Shown here: positions 40,893 through 50,602 of the stretch, one piece after another
How the letters are laid out: each line of letters begins with the position of its first letter
Numbering within the stretch: the first letter of the stretch is position 1
Assembly: GCA_017391675.1 (NCBI GenBank)
Contig: JAFOXR010000043.1
Location: 4,339-68,338 of the forward strand
Length of the DNA stretch: 64,000 nucleotides
Direction of reading: 5' to 3'
DNA from: Muribaculaceae bacterium
GTDB lineage: Bacteria; Bacteroidota; Bacteroidia; Bacteroidales; Muribaculaceae
Notes under the pieces: model-generated
Databases searched by the model: none
The model's input: the letters and a program-made list of their open reading frames with translations, nothing else
What the model was told of the DNA's origin: nothing
Made by a program: the position numbers and the translations under genes

Positions 40893-42134
40893 ATGAAAAA
40901 ACTATCTATATTCTTAAGCTTGGTTTGCCTTGTGTCATTCTTAGGAATGGCACAAGTGAAGCCAGGTATTGAAACCCTTCGTGATGGAGGTTTCGAACAA
41001 CTTAAAGGAAAGCGTGTGGGATTGATCACTAATCCTAGCGGTGTGGACAATAATCTGAAGTCTACTATCGACATCCTTTCAGAAGCAGAGGGCGTGAAAC
41101 TTACCGCACTGTATAGCCCAGAACATGGTGTGCGCGGCGATATCTATGCCGGCGCAAAAGTTGATACATATGTAGATAAGAAGACTGGAGTAACAGTTTT
41201 CTCGTTATATGGCAAGAACAAAAAGCCATCGGCAGAAATGCTTAAAGATGTAGATGTACTTATCTACGATATTCAAGACAATGGTTGTCGCTCATTCACT
41301 TTCATAAGCACAATGGGATTGTGTATGGAAGCATGCGCTGAGAATAATAAAGAATTTATGGTGCTTGACCGCCCGAATCCGCTATCGGGTTTAAAGGTTG
41401 AAGGCTGCTTGGTTGAAGATGGCTTCTACTCTCTTGTGAGCCAGTTCCCAATACCTTATCTTTATGGATTGACTCCAGGTGAACTAGCGCTTATGCTTAA
41501 CGATGGTATGTTGAAAGATGGTAAAAAGGCTAAATTGACAGTCGTTCCTATGACTGGCTGGCATCGTTACATGACATTTGACCAAACTGGTATGCCATGG
41601 ATTTTGCCTTCACCTCACCAACCATATCCACAATCGGCTGTTTATTACCCAACAACAGGTATCATAGGTGAATTGTACAATATCTCAATAGGTGTAGGTT
41701 ATACAATGCCTTTCCAATTGATTTGTGCTCCTTGGATTGAAGCCGATAAGTTCTGCGACCGCATGAACGGTTTGAATCTTAAGGGAATTGTGTTCCGTCC
41801 TATCCACATTAAGCCATACTATAGCCAAAGCAAGGGAGAGAACATTCAGGGTGTGCAGCTTTATGTAACCGATGTTCTTGATGCCGATTTGACAATGGTT
41901 CAGTTCCATGCAATGGAAGTATTGGCCGAAATGTATCCAGAAAAGCGTTTGCTTGATGAAGACGGTCAAGGAACACTTGGTAACCGCTGGAATATGTTTG
42001 ATAAAGTTTGCGGAACAAACAAGATCCGTATAGAATTTTCAAAGAATTATAAAGTTGCCGACATCATTGAATACTGGAACAAAGATGTTGACGCTTTCAG
42101 GGAAAAATCAAAGAAATACTACCTTTATAACTAA
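40893..42134 (+). CDS. namZ: DUF1343 family exo-beta-N-acetylmuramidase (NamZ-like)
   Basis: 413 aa with a signal peptide. Contains PGIETLRDGGFEQLKGKRVGLITNPSGVD, SPEHG, DIQDNGCRSFTF and LDRPNP, all typical DUF1343 blocks. Confidence 0.85.
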   Translation: MKKLSIFLSLVCLVSFLGMAQVKPGIETLRDGGFEQLKGKRVGLITNPSGVDNNLKSTIDILSEAEGVKLTALYSPEHGVRGDIYAGAKVDTYVDKKTGVTVFSLYGKNKKPSAEMLKDVDVLIYDIQDNGCRSFTFISTMGLCMEACAENNKEFMVLDRPNPLSGLKVEGCLVEDGFYSLVSQFPIPYLYGLTPGELALMLNDGMLKDGKKAKLTVVPMTGWHRYMTFDQTGMPWILPSPHQPYPQSAVYYPTTGIIGELYNISIGVGYTMPFQLICAPWIEADKFCDRMNGLNLKGIVFRPIHIKPYYSQSKGENIQGVQLYVTDVLDADLTMVQFHAMEVLAEMYPEKRLLDEDGQGTLGNRWNMFDKVCGTNKIRIEFSKNYKVADIIEYWNKDVDAFREKSKKYYLYN

Positions 42135-42152
42135 TAAAGGATAATTGTACCG

Positions 42153-44948
42153 ATGACAAAGGAAGAAAAATACAAGGCTTATCTTAGCGAGGTGAAACAA
42201 TTTGTTTCGGCCGATCGCATTTACACCGATGACCTTCATCGTTTAGCATGGGGTACTGATGCCGGATTCTATCGTGAAATCCCGGAAATCGTGATTCGTT
42301 CAAAGAATGAAGAAGAAGTATCAAGACTGTTGAAATTGTCCGATAAGTATGAGTTGCCTGTAACATTCCGTGCTGCAGGTACTAGTCTTTCTGGCCAGGC
42401 AATCACTAATTCAATCCTGATTGTAGCTGGTAAGCATTGGGAAGACTATGAAGTGCTTGACAATGGTGAACGCATCAAGTTGCAACCAGGTATCATAGGT
42501 GACCGAGTAAATCAAATATTGAAGCCATACGGCAAAATCTTCTCGCCAGACCCTGCATCAAAGAAATCGGCAATGGTGGGTGGTATTGTCATGAACAATG
42601 CTTCAGGTATGAATTGTGGTACTCATGCGAGCAGTGACCGCGTATTGCAGTCGGCTCGTATGGTTCTTTCTGACGGTACGGTACTTGATACCGGAGATGA
42701 AGAAAGCAAGAAGGCATTTGCAGTTTCTCACCCGGACTTTATAAAGAAAATTGAGGAATTGCGTGATAAAGTCAATTCCGATGAAGAATTGGTGAAGCGT
42801 ATCAAGCACAAGTATGCAATTAAGAATGTAACAGGTCTTAATATATTGCCATTTGTGCTTTATACCGATCCGTTCGAGATAATGACACACTTGCTTGTGG
42901 GTTCAGAAGGAACCCTTGCATTCGGTAGCGAGTTTACTATGTATTCAGGACACTTGTACAAGCATTCAGCTAGTGCAATGCTATATTTCAAGTCAATGCG
43001 TGAAGCCAGTGAAGCTGTGGTGGCTATGCGTAATGGTCCTATTCATAGTGCCGAGATGCTTGACAAGAAATCGCTTTCTTCGGTAAATGATACTACTGGA
43101 GAGGGCTTGACAGCTGTTCTTACTGAAACCAAGGCAGATACTAAGGAAGAGCTTGACGCAAACATTGCTGAATTGACTCGTATCCTTGAAAAATTTGACT
43201 TATATGTACCTGCACGCTTTACCGATGATCCAGCAGAGTACTCTAAGTACTGGGCTATCCGTTCGGGAATTTTCCCTAGTGTGGGCGGAACAAGACCAAT
43301 AGGAACAACTGTGATTATCGAAGATGTGGCTTTCCATATCGAAGATTTGCCAAACGCAACAGTTGACCTAGCCGAAATGCTTGAAAAGCATGGCTATGAA
43401 GATTCTTGTATTTACGGCCATGCCCTAGAGGGCAACTACCACTTTATCATAGCTCAAAGATTTGATAGCGAGGAAGAACTTGCTAAGTATAAGAACTTGA
43501 TGCTTGAAGTGGAAAAGCTTGTTGTAGACAAATATGACGGCTCATTGAAGGCTGAACACGGTACAGGTAAGAATATGGCACCATTTGTAGTTCACGAATG
43601 GGGTGAAAAGGCATTTGCCGTGATGCGTGAAGTTAAGCAATTGTTTGACCCGAAGAACATACTTAATCCTGGTGTAATTTTCAACGATGACCCAGAATGC
43701 TATGTTAAGGGACTTAAACCAATGCCTATTACTAACGAACGCGTGAATAAGTGTATAGAGTGCGGATTCTGTGAAGTGAATTGTGTCGCTTGCGGGTTCA
43801 CATTGTCATCGCGTCAACGAATCGTGATACAGCGCGAATTGTCACGCCTTCGTGAAACTGGCGAGGATAACGAACGCTTGAAGAGACTTGAAAAGCAATT
43901 CAAGTACGCTGGAAATGCAACTTGCGCCGGTGACGGATTGTGCAGCACATCTTGTCCTATGAAGATAAATGTGGGCGAGATGATACACGATTTGCGTGAA
44001 GAGGCGTTGCCAAAGGGTAGCCTGGGCTATAAGGTAGGCGATCTTGCAGCTAAGCACCTTAAAGGAGTGAAGGCCGTTCTTCGTCCAGTGCTTTCAGTAG
44101 CGTCAGTTGCCCAAAAGGTAATCGGTAACAAGGGCGTTGAAGTTGTAGGACAGACATTGAACAAGGCTGGTATTCCATTGTGGACACCTTCAATGCCTAC
44201 TGCTCACTATTCTTGTCCTCAAAGTCAGGAAAAGCATGAGAAGAAAGTGGTGTACTTCCCAAGCTGTTTGAATCAAACAATGGGACATTCTCATGTAGAT
44301 CATGAAAAGAAAGATCTTGTGAACAAGATGGTAGAATTCCTTGAAAAGGTGGGTTATGAGATTATCTACCCAGAAGGAATGCAGAACTTGTGCTGTGGTA
44401 TGATTTGGGAAAGTAAGGGTATGCCTGAAATCGCCGACCGCAAGACCAAAGAGCTAGAAGAGGCGTTGTGGAAGGCATCAGAACAAGGCAAGTATCCTGT
44501 GCTTTGTGACCAGAGCCCATGCTTGCACCGTATGCGTAATCACATCACTAAGATGCACCTTTATGAACCAGTAGAGTTTATTCATGATCTAGTAGCTCCA
44601 ACTCTAGAATTTACACCGATAGATGAACCTGTAACAGTGCATGTGACCTGTACAATGCGTCACATGGGATTAGGCGATAAAGTCATAGCATTGGCTAAGA
44701 TGTGTTCGCGTAATGTAATCGTTCCAGAAGGTGTGGGCTGTTGTGGCTTTGCTGGAGACAAGGGCTTTACTCTCCCTGACCTGAACAAGTATGCATTGAG
44801 AAAGTTGCGTCCTCAATTGGAAAAAGCTGGTGTGAAGAGAGGCTACTCTAATAGCCGCACATGTGAAATCGGTCTTACAACCAATTCGGGAGTGCCTTAT
44901 CAGTCAATTGTGTTCTTGGTAGACGAGTGTGCTAAATTGAAGAAATAA
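42153..44948 (+). CDS. FAD-binding plus Fe-S/CCG-domain oxidoreductase (D-lactate / D-2-hydroxyacid dehydrogenase-like)
   Basis: 931 aa. N-terminal FAD_binding_4 region (FRAAGTSLSGQA), FAD-oxidase C-terminal block (LKAEHGTGKNMAPF...K..FDP.NILNPG), a ferredoxin-type motif CIECGFCEVNC...C.TSCP, and two C-terminal cysteine-rich CCG-like regions (NLCCGM, GCCGFAG). Confidence 0.8.
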   Translation: MTKEEKYKAYLSEVKQFVSADRIYTDDLHRLAWGTDAGFYREIPEIVIRSKNEEEVSRLLKLSDKYELPVTFRAAGTSLSGQAITNSILIVAGKHWEDYEVLDNGERIKLQPGIIGDRVNQILKPYGKIFSPDPASKKSAMVGGIVMNNASGMNCGTHASSDRVLQSARMVLSDGTVLDTGDEESKKAFAVSHPDFIKKIEELRDKVNSDEELVKRIKHKYAIKNVTGLNILPFVLYTDPFEIMTHLLVGSEGTLAFGSEFTMYSGHLYKHSASAMLYFKSMREASEAVVAMRNGPIHSAEMLDKKSLSSVNDTTGEGLTAVLTETKADTKEELDANIAELTRILEKFDLYVPARFTDDPAEYSKYWAIRSGIFPSVGGTRPIGTTVIIEDVAFHIEDLPNATVDLAEMLEKHGYEDSCIYGHALEGNYHFIIAQRFDSEEELAKYKNLMLEVEKLVVDKYDGSLKAEHGTGKNMAPFVVHEWGEKAFAVMREVKQLFDPKNILNPGVIFNDDPECYVKGLKPMPITNERVNKCIECGFCEVNCVACGFTLSSRQRIVIQRELSRLRETGEDNERLKRLEKQFKYAGNATCAGDGLCSTSCPMKINVGEMIHDLREEALPKGSLGYKVGDLAAKHLKGVKAVLRPVLSVASVAQKVIGNKGVEVVGQTLNKAGIPLWTPSMPTAHYSCPQSQEKHEKKVVYFPSCLNQTMGHSHVDHEKKDLVNKMVEFLEKVGYEIIYPEGMQNLCCGMIWESKGMPEIADRKTKELEEALWKASEQGKYPVLCDQSPCLHRMRNHITKMHLYEPVEFIHDLVAPTLEFTPIDEPVTVHVTCTMRHMGLGDKVIALAKMCSRNVIVPEGVGCCGFAGDKGFTLPDLNKYALRKLRPQLEKAGVKRGYSNSRTCEIGLTTNSGVPYQSIVFLVDECAKLKK

Positions 44949-44967
44949 TAAAAAATAGTATAACATT

Positions 44968-46140
44968 ATGACACAACAGAAAAAAACCGGCAGATTGCTA
45001 GCGCTAGATGTAATGCGCGGTATTACTGTTGCAGGTATGTTGTTGGTGAATAATCCTGGTTCATGGGGAGCATTGTATGCACCGCTCGGTCACGCCGACT
45101 GGAATGGATTGACACCTACCGACTTGGTGTTCCCATTCTTCATGTTCATCATGGGTGTGGCAATGTTCATGTCGATGAGAAAGTTTGAATTTAAGTTGAG
45201 CGCTCCAGTGAGCTGGAAGATTGTTAAACGAACCATTGTGATATTTGCGATAGGTTTGGCGTTGGCTTGGTTTGGCCATTTCTGCCGCTCGTTAGCAGCT
45301 GGAAAACCATTCCTTGATGCGATAAACAATCTTGAGACGATGCGTATACTCGGTGTGATGCCTCGATTGGCACTATGCTATTGCGCTGCATCGTTCATTG
45401 CATGTACAGTTAACTTCAAGCGTATTCCTTGGGTTATTGCAGCATTGCTAGTGGTTTATTCATTGATACTGGTACTAGGTAACGGATATGCAATCAGCGA
45501 GGACAACTTGCTTTATCGCATTGACAATGCTGTGCTTGGCAGCAACCACATGTATAAGGGCTTGGCTGTGTGGAAAGTTCTAGAAAACTCTGCATTTGAC
45601 CCTGAAGGTTTCGTTAGCACATTGCCTGCTATTGCACATGTGCTTATAGGTTTGATGTGCGGTCACTTGATAATAACTATCAAGGATAATGACGAGCGCG
45701 TTAAGAACTTGTTTATAGTGGGAGCTATATTGATGACTATCGGCTGGTTGTTGAGCTACGGTTTGCCAATCAACAAGAACATCTGGTCTCCAACATTCGT
45801 TCTGGTAACATGCGGTATGGGTTCAACATTGCTAGCATTGCTTATCTGGATAATTGACATTAAGGGATACAAGGCTTGGTCAAGATTCTTTGAGACATTC
45901 GGTATCAATCCTCTATTCCTGTATGTGCTAGGCGGTGCATTAGGAATACTATTCGGCTGCATCAAGTTGCCTATCGGAGAAGAAATGGTGTCAATACACA
46001 ATATCATTTACAAAAACTTCTTGCTAGAAGTCTTCGGAGATAAATATTTCGCATCATGCTTGTATGCAATCATCTTTGTATGCATTAACTGGTGCATAGG
46101 TTATGTTTTGTACAAGAAAAAAATATATATAAAGATATGA
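44968..46140 (+). CDS. HGSNAT/NagX/DUF5009-family polytopic membrane protein, candidate MurNAc transporter (MurT-like)
   Basis: 390 aa with roughly 10-11 TM segments. N-terminal RLLALDVMRGITVAGMLLVNNPGSW is typical of the DUF1624/DUF5009 family. It sits immediately upstream of the kinase gene, with an ATGA overlap, followed by murQ. This matches the murT-murK-murQ order described in Tannerella. Confidence 0.6.
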   Translation: MTQQKKTGRLLALDVMRGITVAGMLLVNNPGSWGALYAPLGHADWNGLTPTDLVFPFFMFIMGVAMFMSMRKFEFKLSAPVSWKIVKRTIVIFAIGLALAWFGHFCRSLAAGKPFLDAINNLETMRILGVMPRLALCYCAASFIACTVNFKRIPWVIAALLVVYSLILVLGNGYAISEDNLLYRIDNAVLGSNHMYKGLAVWKVLENSAFDPEGFVSTLPAIAHVLIGLMCGHLIITIKDNDERVKNLFIVGAILMTIGWLLSYGLPINKNIWSPTFVLVTCGMGSTLLALLIWIIDIKGYKAWSRFFETFGINPLFLYVLGGALGILFGCIKLPIGEEMVSIHNIIYKNFLLEVFGDKYFASCLYAIIFVCINWCIGYVLYKKKIYIKI

Positions 46141-46982
46141 TACTAATAGCAGATTGTGGTAGCACTAAAATTCAATGGTGCGCAGTAGAGAACGGTAAGG
46201 TAGTGAAGGAAGTGTTCACTCCAGGTATGAATGCGGTAATGCTTACCGAAGAAGAAATGGCACAACGCATCGGTAACGAGTTGAAGCCAGAAGTAGAAGG
46301 CATGACCTTCGATAGCATCTATTTCTATGGTGCAGGTTGTATTTCAGAAGAAGTGTGCGCAAATGTGCGCCGTGCAATTGCGGCTCATGTTCCAGCTCCT
46401 GTAATTGAGGTTTATACCGACCTTCTTGCAGCTGCTCGCGCTCTATTCGGAAGAGAAGCAGGTATCGCATGTATCATGGGTACAGGTTCTAACTCTTGTT
46501 ACTATGACGGTGAAAAGATCGTTGATAATGTATCTCCTCTAGGTTATATCCTAGGTGACGAAGGTAGTGGTGCTGTACTAGGTAAATTGCTAGTAGGTGA
46601 TGTATTGAAGAAACAGTTGCCAGAACCTTTGTGTGAAAAGTTCCTTGCTCAATATGATCTTGACCGCATGAAGATTATCCAAAAGGTATATCGTGAACAC
46701 CCAGCAAACCGCTTCTTGGCATCGGTTACTCCATTCCTTATCCAGAACATTGAAGAGCCAGCAGTACACCGCTTGGTATTGAATGCATTCAAGGCGTTCT
46801 TCGTGCGTAACATTGCAAACTATAAGGATTACAAGAACTACAGCATCAACTTCGTAGGTTCAATTGCACACTACTACAAAGATGTTCTAGAAGAAGCTGC
46901 TTGCTCAGTAGATTGCAAGATTGGCAAGATTCTTCAAGCTCCAATGGAAGGTTTGATTGCATTCCACACAGAAAAGAACTAA
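46137..46982 (+). CDS. murK: BadF-type sugar kinase, probable MurNAc kinase
   Basis: I chose the start at MILIADCGSTKIQW, where the ATGA overlaps the upstream stop; the ORF track start is 46092. ASKHA phosphate-1 motif DCGSTK and the GYILGDEGSGAVLG block. Adjacent to murQ. Confidence 0.72.
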   Translation: MILIADCGSTKIQWCAVENGKVVKEVFTPGMNAVMLTEEEMAQRIGNELKPEVEGMTFDSIYFYGAGCISEEVCANVRRAIAAHVPAPVIEVYTDLLAAARALFGREAGIACIMGTGSNSCYYDGEKIVDNVSPLGYILGDEGSGAVLGKLLVGDVLKKQLPEPLCEKFLAQYDLDRMKIIQKVYREHPANRFLASVTPFLIQNIEEPAVHRLVLNAFKAFFVRNIANYKDYKNYSINFVGSIAHYYKDVLEEAACSVDCKIGKILQAPMEGLIAFHTEKN

Positions 46983-47007
46983 GAACTAATAAAACATATT
47001 CAAAATT

Positions 47008-47829
47008 ATGGCATTTGAAAAGATAACAGAACAATCATCGTTGTATAACGATTTGGAAAAAATGTCGGTACATGACCTGTTGGTAGGTATCAATAAAGAA
47101 GACCAAAAGGTTGCTCTTGCAGTAGAAAAGGCTATCCCTGCTATCGAAAAGCTAGTAACAGGTATAGTAGAACGCATGAAGCGCGGTGGCCGTATTTTCT
47201 ATATGGGTGCTGGTACATCAGGCCGTATTGGAGTGCTTGACGCTTCTGAAATTCCACCTACATACGGTATGGACCCTTCTTGGGTAGTAGGTCTTATTGC
47301 AGGTGGTGATTTTGCGCTTCGTAATCCAGTGGAAAATGCTGAAGACGATACAGAACAAGGTTGGAAAGACCTTCAAGCTCACAATATCAACGAAAAGGAT
47401 ACCGTTATCGGTATTGCTGCATCAGGAACAACACCTTATGTAATCGGCGCATTGAAGGCTGCTCGTGCTAACGGCTGTCTTACTGCATCGGTTTCTTCAA
47501 ACCCTGATTCTCCAATCGCTGAAGCTGCAGAAATTGCAATTGAAATGATTGTAGGTCCTGAATTTGTAACAGGTTCTTCTCGTATGAAGAGCGGTACAGG
47601 TCAAAAGTTGATTTGTAACATGATTACTACATCTGTTATGATTCAAATGGGTCGTGTGAAGGGTAACAAGATGGTGAACATGCAGCTTAGCAATGCAAAG
47701 CTTGTTGACCGTGGTACTCGCATGATCGTTGAGGAACTAGGCTTGCCTTATGATGAAGCTCGCCGCCTTCTTCTTCTTCATGGTGAAGTGAAGCGTGCTT
47801 GCGACGCTTACCGCGCAGAAAACGCTTAA
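47008..47829 (+). CDS. murQ: N-acetylmuramic acid 6-phosphate etherase
   Basis: 273-aa SIS-domain protein. Hallmark blocks GGRIFYMGAGTSGRIGVLDASEIPPTYG, GIAASGTTPYVIGAL, VGPEFVTGSSRMKSGTGQKL and NMQLSNAKLVDRG. Confidence 0.93.
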   Translation: MAFEKITEQSSLYNDLEKMSVHDLLVGINKEDQKVALAVEKAIPAIEKLVTGIVERMKRGGRIFYMGAGTSGRIGVLDASEIPPTYGMDPSWVVGLIAGGDFALRNPVENAEDDTEQGWKDLQAHNINEKDTVIGIAASGTTPYVIGALKAARANGCLTASVSSNPDSPIAEAAEIAIEMIVGPEFVTGSSRMKSGTGQKLICNMITTSVMIQMGRVKGNKMVNMQLSNAKLVDRGTRMIVEELGLPYDEARRLLLLHGEVKRACDAYRAENA

Positions 47830-47860
47830 TCAGAAAGTATCTTAAACAAATAGTTAATTA

Positions 47861-47897
47861 TGTTGGCAGGCCAGACGGTCTGCCAACATTGTTTTTT
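47861..47897 (+). terminator. Strong rho-independent terminator after murQ
   Basis: 12-bp stem tgttggcaggcc / ggtctgccaaca with a 4-nt loop, followed by ttgtttttt. Confidence 0.85.
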
Positions 47898-48043
47898 ATT
47901 CATGAAACCGCAGTGGCCAATACGGCTTTTTTCTCTAAAAAATGTTGTAGAAAGGGAAGTTTTGGGTGTTTTATTTTGAACTCTTAAGATATTGGAGTAC
48001 TTTTACATTGACAAACTATGTAGAAGCTAAAAAAGTGATAAAA

Positions 48044-48934
48044 ATGAAGAAAAATATATTACTGTTATTCCTTGCATTCATGACTCTTGGCGTATATGCA
48101 CAAGAGGCAGCAGAGACTGTTCAGCCCGAAGAGCCAAAGCCTCTTTTCAAGTATCCGCAAGCGCCCGATACTATTACCTCTTTCCAGGATAGAGCCAATT
48201 ATGTGATTGCGCGTTTCTGGAATGAATTTGATGTGTCGAAGCAGGTGAAAGACGGTGTTGCTTTTGAAAAGGCTTTTTCGGACTATGTTGAGTTTTTCCC
48301 TCATGCTCACAAGAATATTGTAATAAACTCTATCAGGAACTTGATGAACAAGGCGCAAAGCAATAAGACAAATTTCTTGTTGATAGGAATGCTTGCTGAG
48401 AAATACTTGTATTCGCCTCGTGCAGTGTTTGCTAGCGATGAAGCGTATTTGCCTTTTGCCGAAGCCGTTGTGAAGAATAAGTCAATGAAGAAGGAAGTGC
48501 GTGAGTATTACCGTAAACAGATTGAGCGAATCAATCAGAATATGCTAGGTGCTGCTTGCCCCGACATTCAAGTGACCGATACTGACGGGAATAAAAGTCA
48601 TCTGTCGGAACTGTTGAGCGATAAGATGACATTGCTGTTCTTTAATGACGGTGAGTGCAGCAATTGTGCGCTTGATCGTATAAAGCTAAGCACTAGCGTG
48701 CATCTGAATAAACTTATCTCTGAAGGAAATCTCAAGATAATATGCATCGCTCCCAAAAAGTATAGTGACGACTGGGCTGCCGATGCAAAGACTTGGGCTG
48801 ATAACTGGACGGTAGTGGCATCAGATGATGCATATAAAGTGTTTGATGTGAGAATAGCTCCGGCGATATTCATTATTAACGATCAGAAAAAGATTGCCGA
48901 TAAGAATGTGCCTGTAAGTGTTTTGACTAGATAA
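48044..48934 (+). CDS. Secreted thioredoxin-fold (TlpA-like) protein with an N-terminal helical domain (DUF5106-like)
   Basis: I chose the start at MKKNILLLFLAFMTLGVYAQ (signal peptide); the ORF track start is 47966. The C-terminal half has a CxxC motif (GECSNC) in a context resembling a thioredoxin fold. Confidence 0.6.
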   Translation: MKKNILLLFLAFMTLGVYAQEAAETVQPEEPKPLFKYPQAPDTITSFQDRANYVIARFWNEFDVSKQVKDGVAFEKAFSDYVEFFPHAHKNIVINSIRNLMNKAQSNKTNFLLIGMLAEKYLYSPRAVFASDEAYLPFAEAVVKNKSMKKEVREYYRKQIERINQNMLGAACPDIQVTDTDGNKSHLSELLSDKMTLLFFNDGECSNCALDRIKLSTSVHLNKLISEGNLKIICIAPKKYSDDWAADAKTWADNWTVVASDDAYKVFDVRIAPAIFIINDQKKIADKNVPVSVLTR

Positions 48935-48955
48935 CGAATTAATAAATATAATTAT

Positions 48956-49468
48956 ATGGCAGCGACATTTATAAAGCGTATGTTCCTGTATAGTGCAGGG
49001 CTTACATTTACTAATATGGCCAGGTTGTTCATACGCCTGTTCACTGGTGTTATGTTCATGTCGATAGGAATACGCCAAATTGCTAATTTCAACCAGTTGG
49101 CACCCGATTTCTGCTCAGTTTTCGGAATGACAAGTGAAACGACACTGCTTGTAGTGATACTGATTGAGGTGATATGCTCAACGCTTATTATACTGGGATT
49201 ATTTACCCGATTTGCCTTGATTCCGCCGATAGTATCAATGGTGATAGCAGAACATGTGATGATGCAGTTTTATGATACATTGGGCATGGCAAAACTGTAT
49301 AGCATGCAGATGGGCTATCTTCCAATGATGTTTATAGGAATATTCATCTTCATGATGCTCGCTGGACCTGGCAAAATTTCGCTTGACTATATCATTTCGG
49401 TAAATCTTACTAGCGTTGATGAAAAGGGAGAAGCCGAAGCAAAGGAATTTGAATTGGAAGATTCCTGA
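48956..49468 (+). CDS. DoxX-family membrane protein
   Basis: 170 aa with four predicted TM helices. N-terminal block ARLFIRLFTGVMFMSIGIRQI resembles the DoxX signature. Confidence 0.6.
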   Translation: MAATFIKRMFLYSAGLTFTNMARLFIRLFTGVMFMSIGIRQIANFNQLAPDFCSVFGMTSETTLLVVILIEVICSTLIILGLFTRFALIPPIVSMVIAEHVMMQFYDTLGMAKLYSMQMGYLPMMFIGIFIFMMLAGPGKISLDYIISVNLTSVDEKGEAEAKEFELEDS

Positions 49469-49502
49469 TAAGGGAATAAGAATCTAAAGTACACGAAAAG
49501 TA

Positions 49503-50582
49503 ATGAATGTAGCAGTACTTATATCGGGCGGTGTGGATAGTGCGGTCGTGGTGCATAAACTTAAAGAAGAAGGCCACGATCTGAATCTGTTCTATATACG
49601 AATAGGTATGGACAATGGCGAGGGCGATTGTTCGGCAGAAGAAGACATTGAAATGTGTTCTCTTATTGCTAAAAAGTACGGGCTTCCGTTAGAGGTCGTA
49701 TCATTGCATGAGGAGTATTGGGATAATGTGATGGAATATGCTTTGCGTACAGTTAAGGCAGGACTTACTCCCAATCCCGACATGATGTGCAATAAGATGA
49801 TAAAATTCGGATACTTCGAACAGCGTTGGGGTAAGGATTTTGATATCACAGCTACCGGTCATTATGCTAGCACCGATTTTGTGAACGGCACAAAATATCT
49901 TGCTACAGCAGTAGATCCTGTAAAGGATCAGACTGACTTCCTTGCACAAATAAGTTATGAGCAGCTTAGCCACTTGATGTTCCCGCTCGGAACAATGCCT
50001 AAGAGCGAAGTGCGACAGATGGCTATTGACGCAAAATTGCCGAATGCTTTCCGTAAGGACAGTCAGGGAATATGCTTTTTGGGCAAAATTAATTATAACG
50101 ATTTCATTCGTCGTCATCTTGGCGAGAAGAAAGGCAATATAATTGAACTTGAGACAGGCAAGAAGATAGGAGAACACAAGGGCTACTGGTTCCATACGAT
50201 AGGTCAGCGCCGTGGCTTGGGACTAAGTGGCGGACCTTGGTTCGTTGTAAAGAAAAATGTTCAGGACAATACTATTTATGTGAGCAACGGTTATGATACC
50301 GAGAAGCAGTATGGTAAACTGATTCATATTGATGAGATGCATTTCATTTCGGGCAATCCATGGAAAGAAATGAACTCTCCGGTAGAAATAATGTTCAAGA
50401 ATAGGCATACCCCTGAATTCATTAAGGCGAAGTTCACTCATTTGCAAGGCGGTGAGTATATAATAGAGTCAGAAAAGAAGGTTCAAGGTATCGCACCGGG
50501 TCAGTTTGCAGTAATATATGATGCTACTGGTCACTTGTGCTATGGAAGTGGAGTGATAACTGGCCAGAAAGTGAAAGAGTGA
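49503..50582 (+). CDS. mnmA: tRNA 2-thiouridine(34) synthase
   Basis: 359 aa. PP-loop [13 protein letters not shown], the NPD..CN cysteine motif ([10 protein letters not shown]) and the [10 protein letters not shown] motif. Confidence 0.93.
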   Translation: MNVAVLISGGVDSAVVVHKLKEEGHDLNLFYIRIGMDNGEGDCSAEEDIEMCSLIAKKYGLPLEVVSLHEEYWDNVMEYALRTVKAGLTPNPDMMCNKMIKFGYFEQRWGKDFDITATGHYASTDFVNGTKYLATAVDPVKDQTDFLAQISYEQLSHLMFPLGTMPKSEVRQMAIDAKLPNAFRKDSQGICFLGKINYNDFIRRHLGEKKGNIIELETGKKIGEHKGYWFHTIGQRRGLGLSGGPWFVVKKNVQDNTIYVSNGYDTEKQYGKLIHIDEMHFISGNPWKEMNSPVEIMFKNRHTPEFIKAKFTHLQGGEYIIESEKKVQGIAPGQFAVIYDATGHLCYGSGVITGQKVKE

Positions 50583-50602
50583 CATAAAAGGAAATTGATA
50601 AT

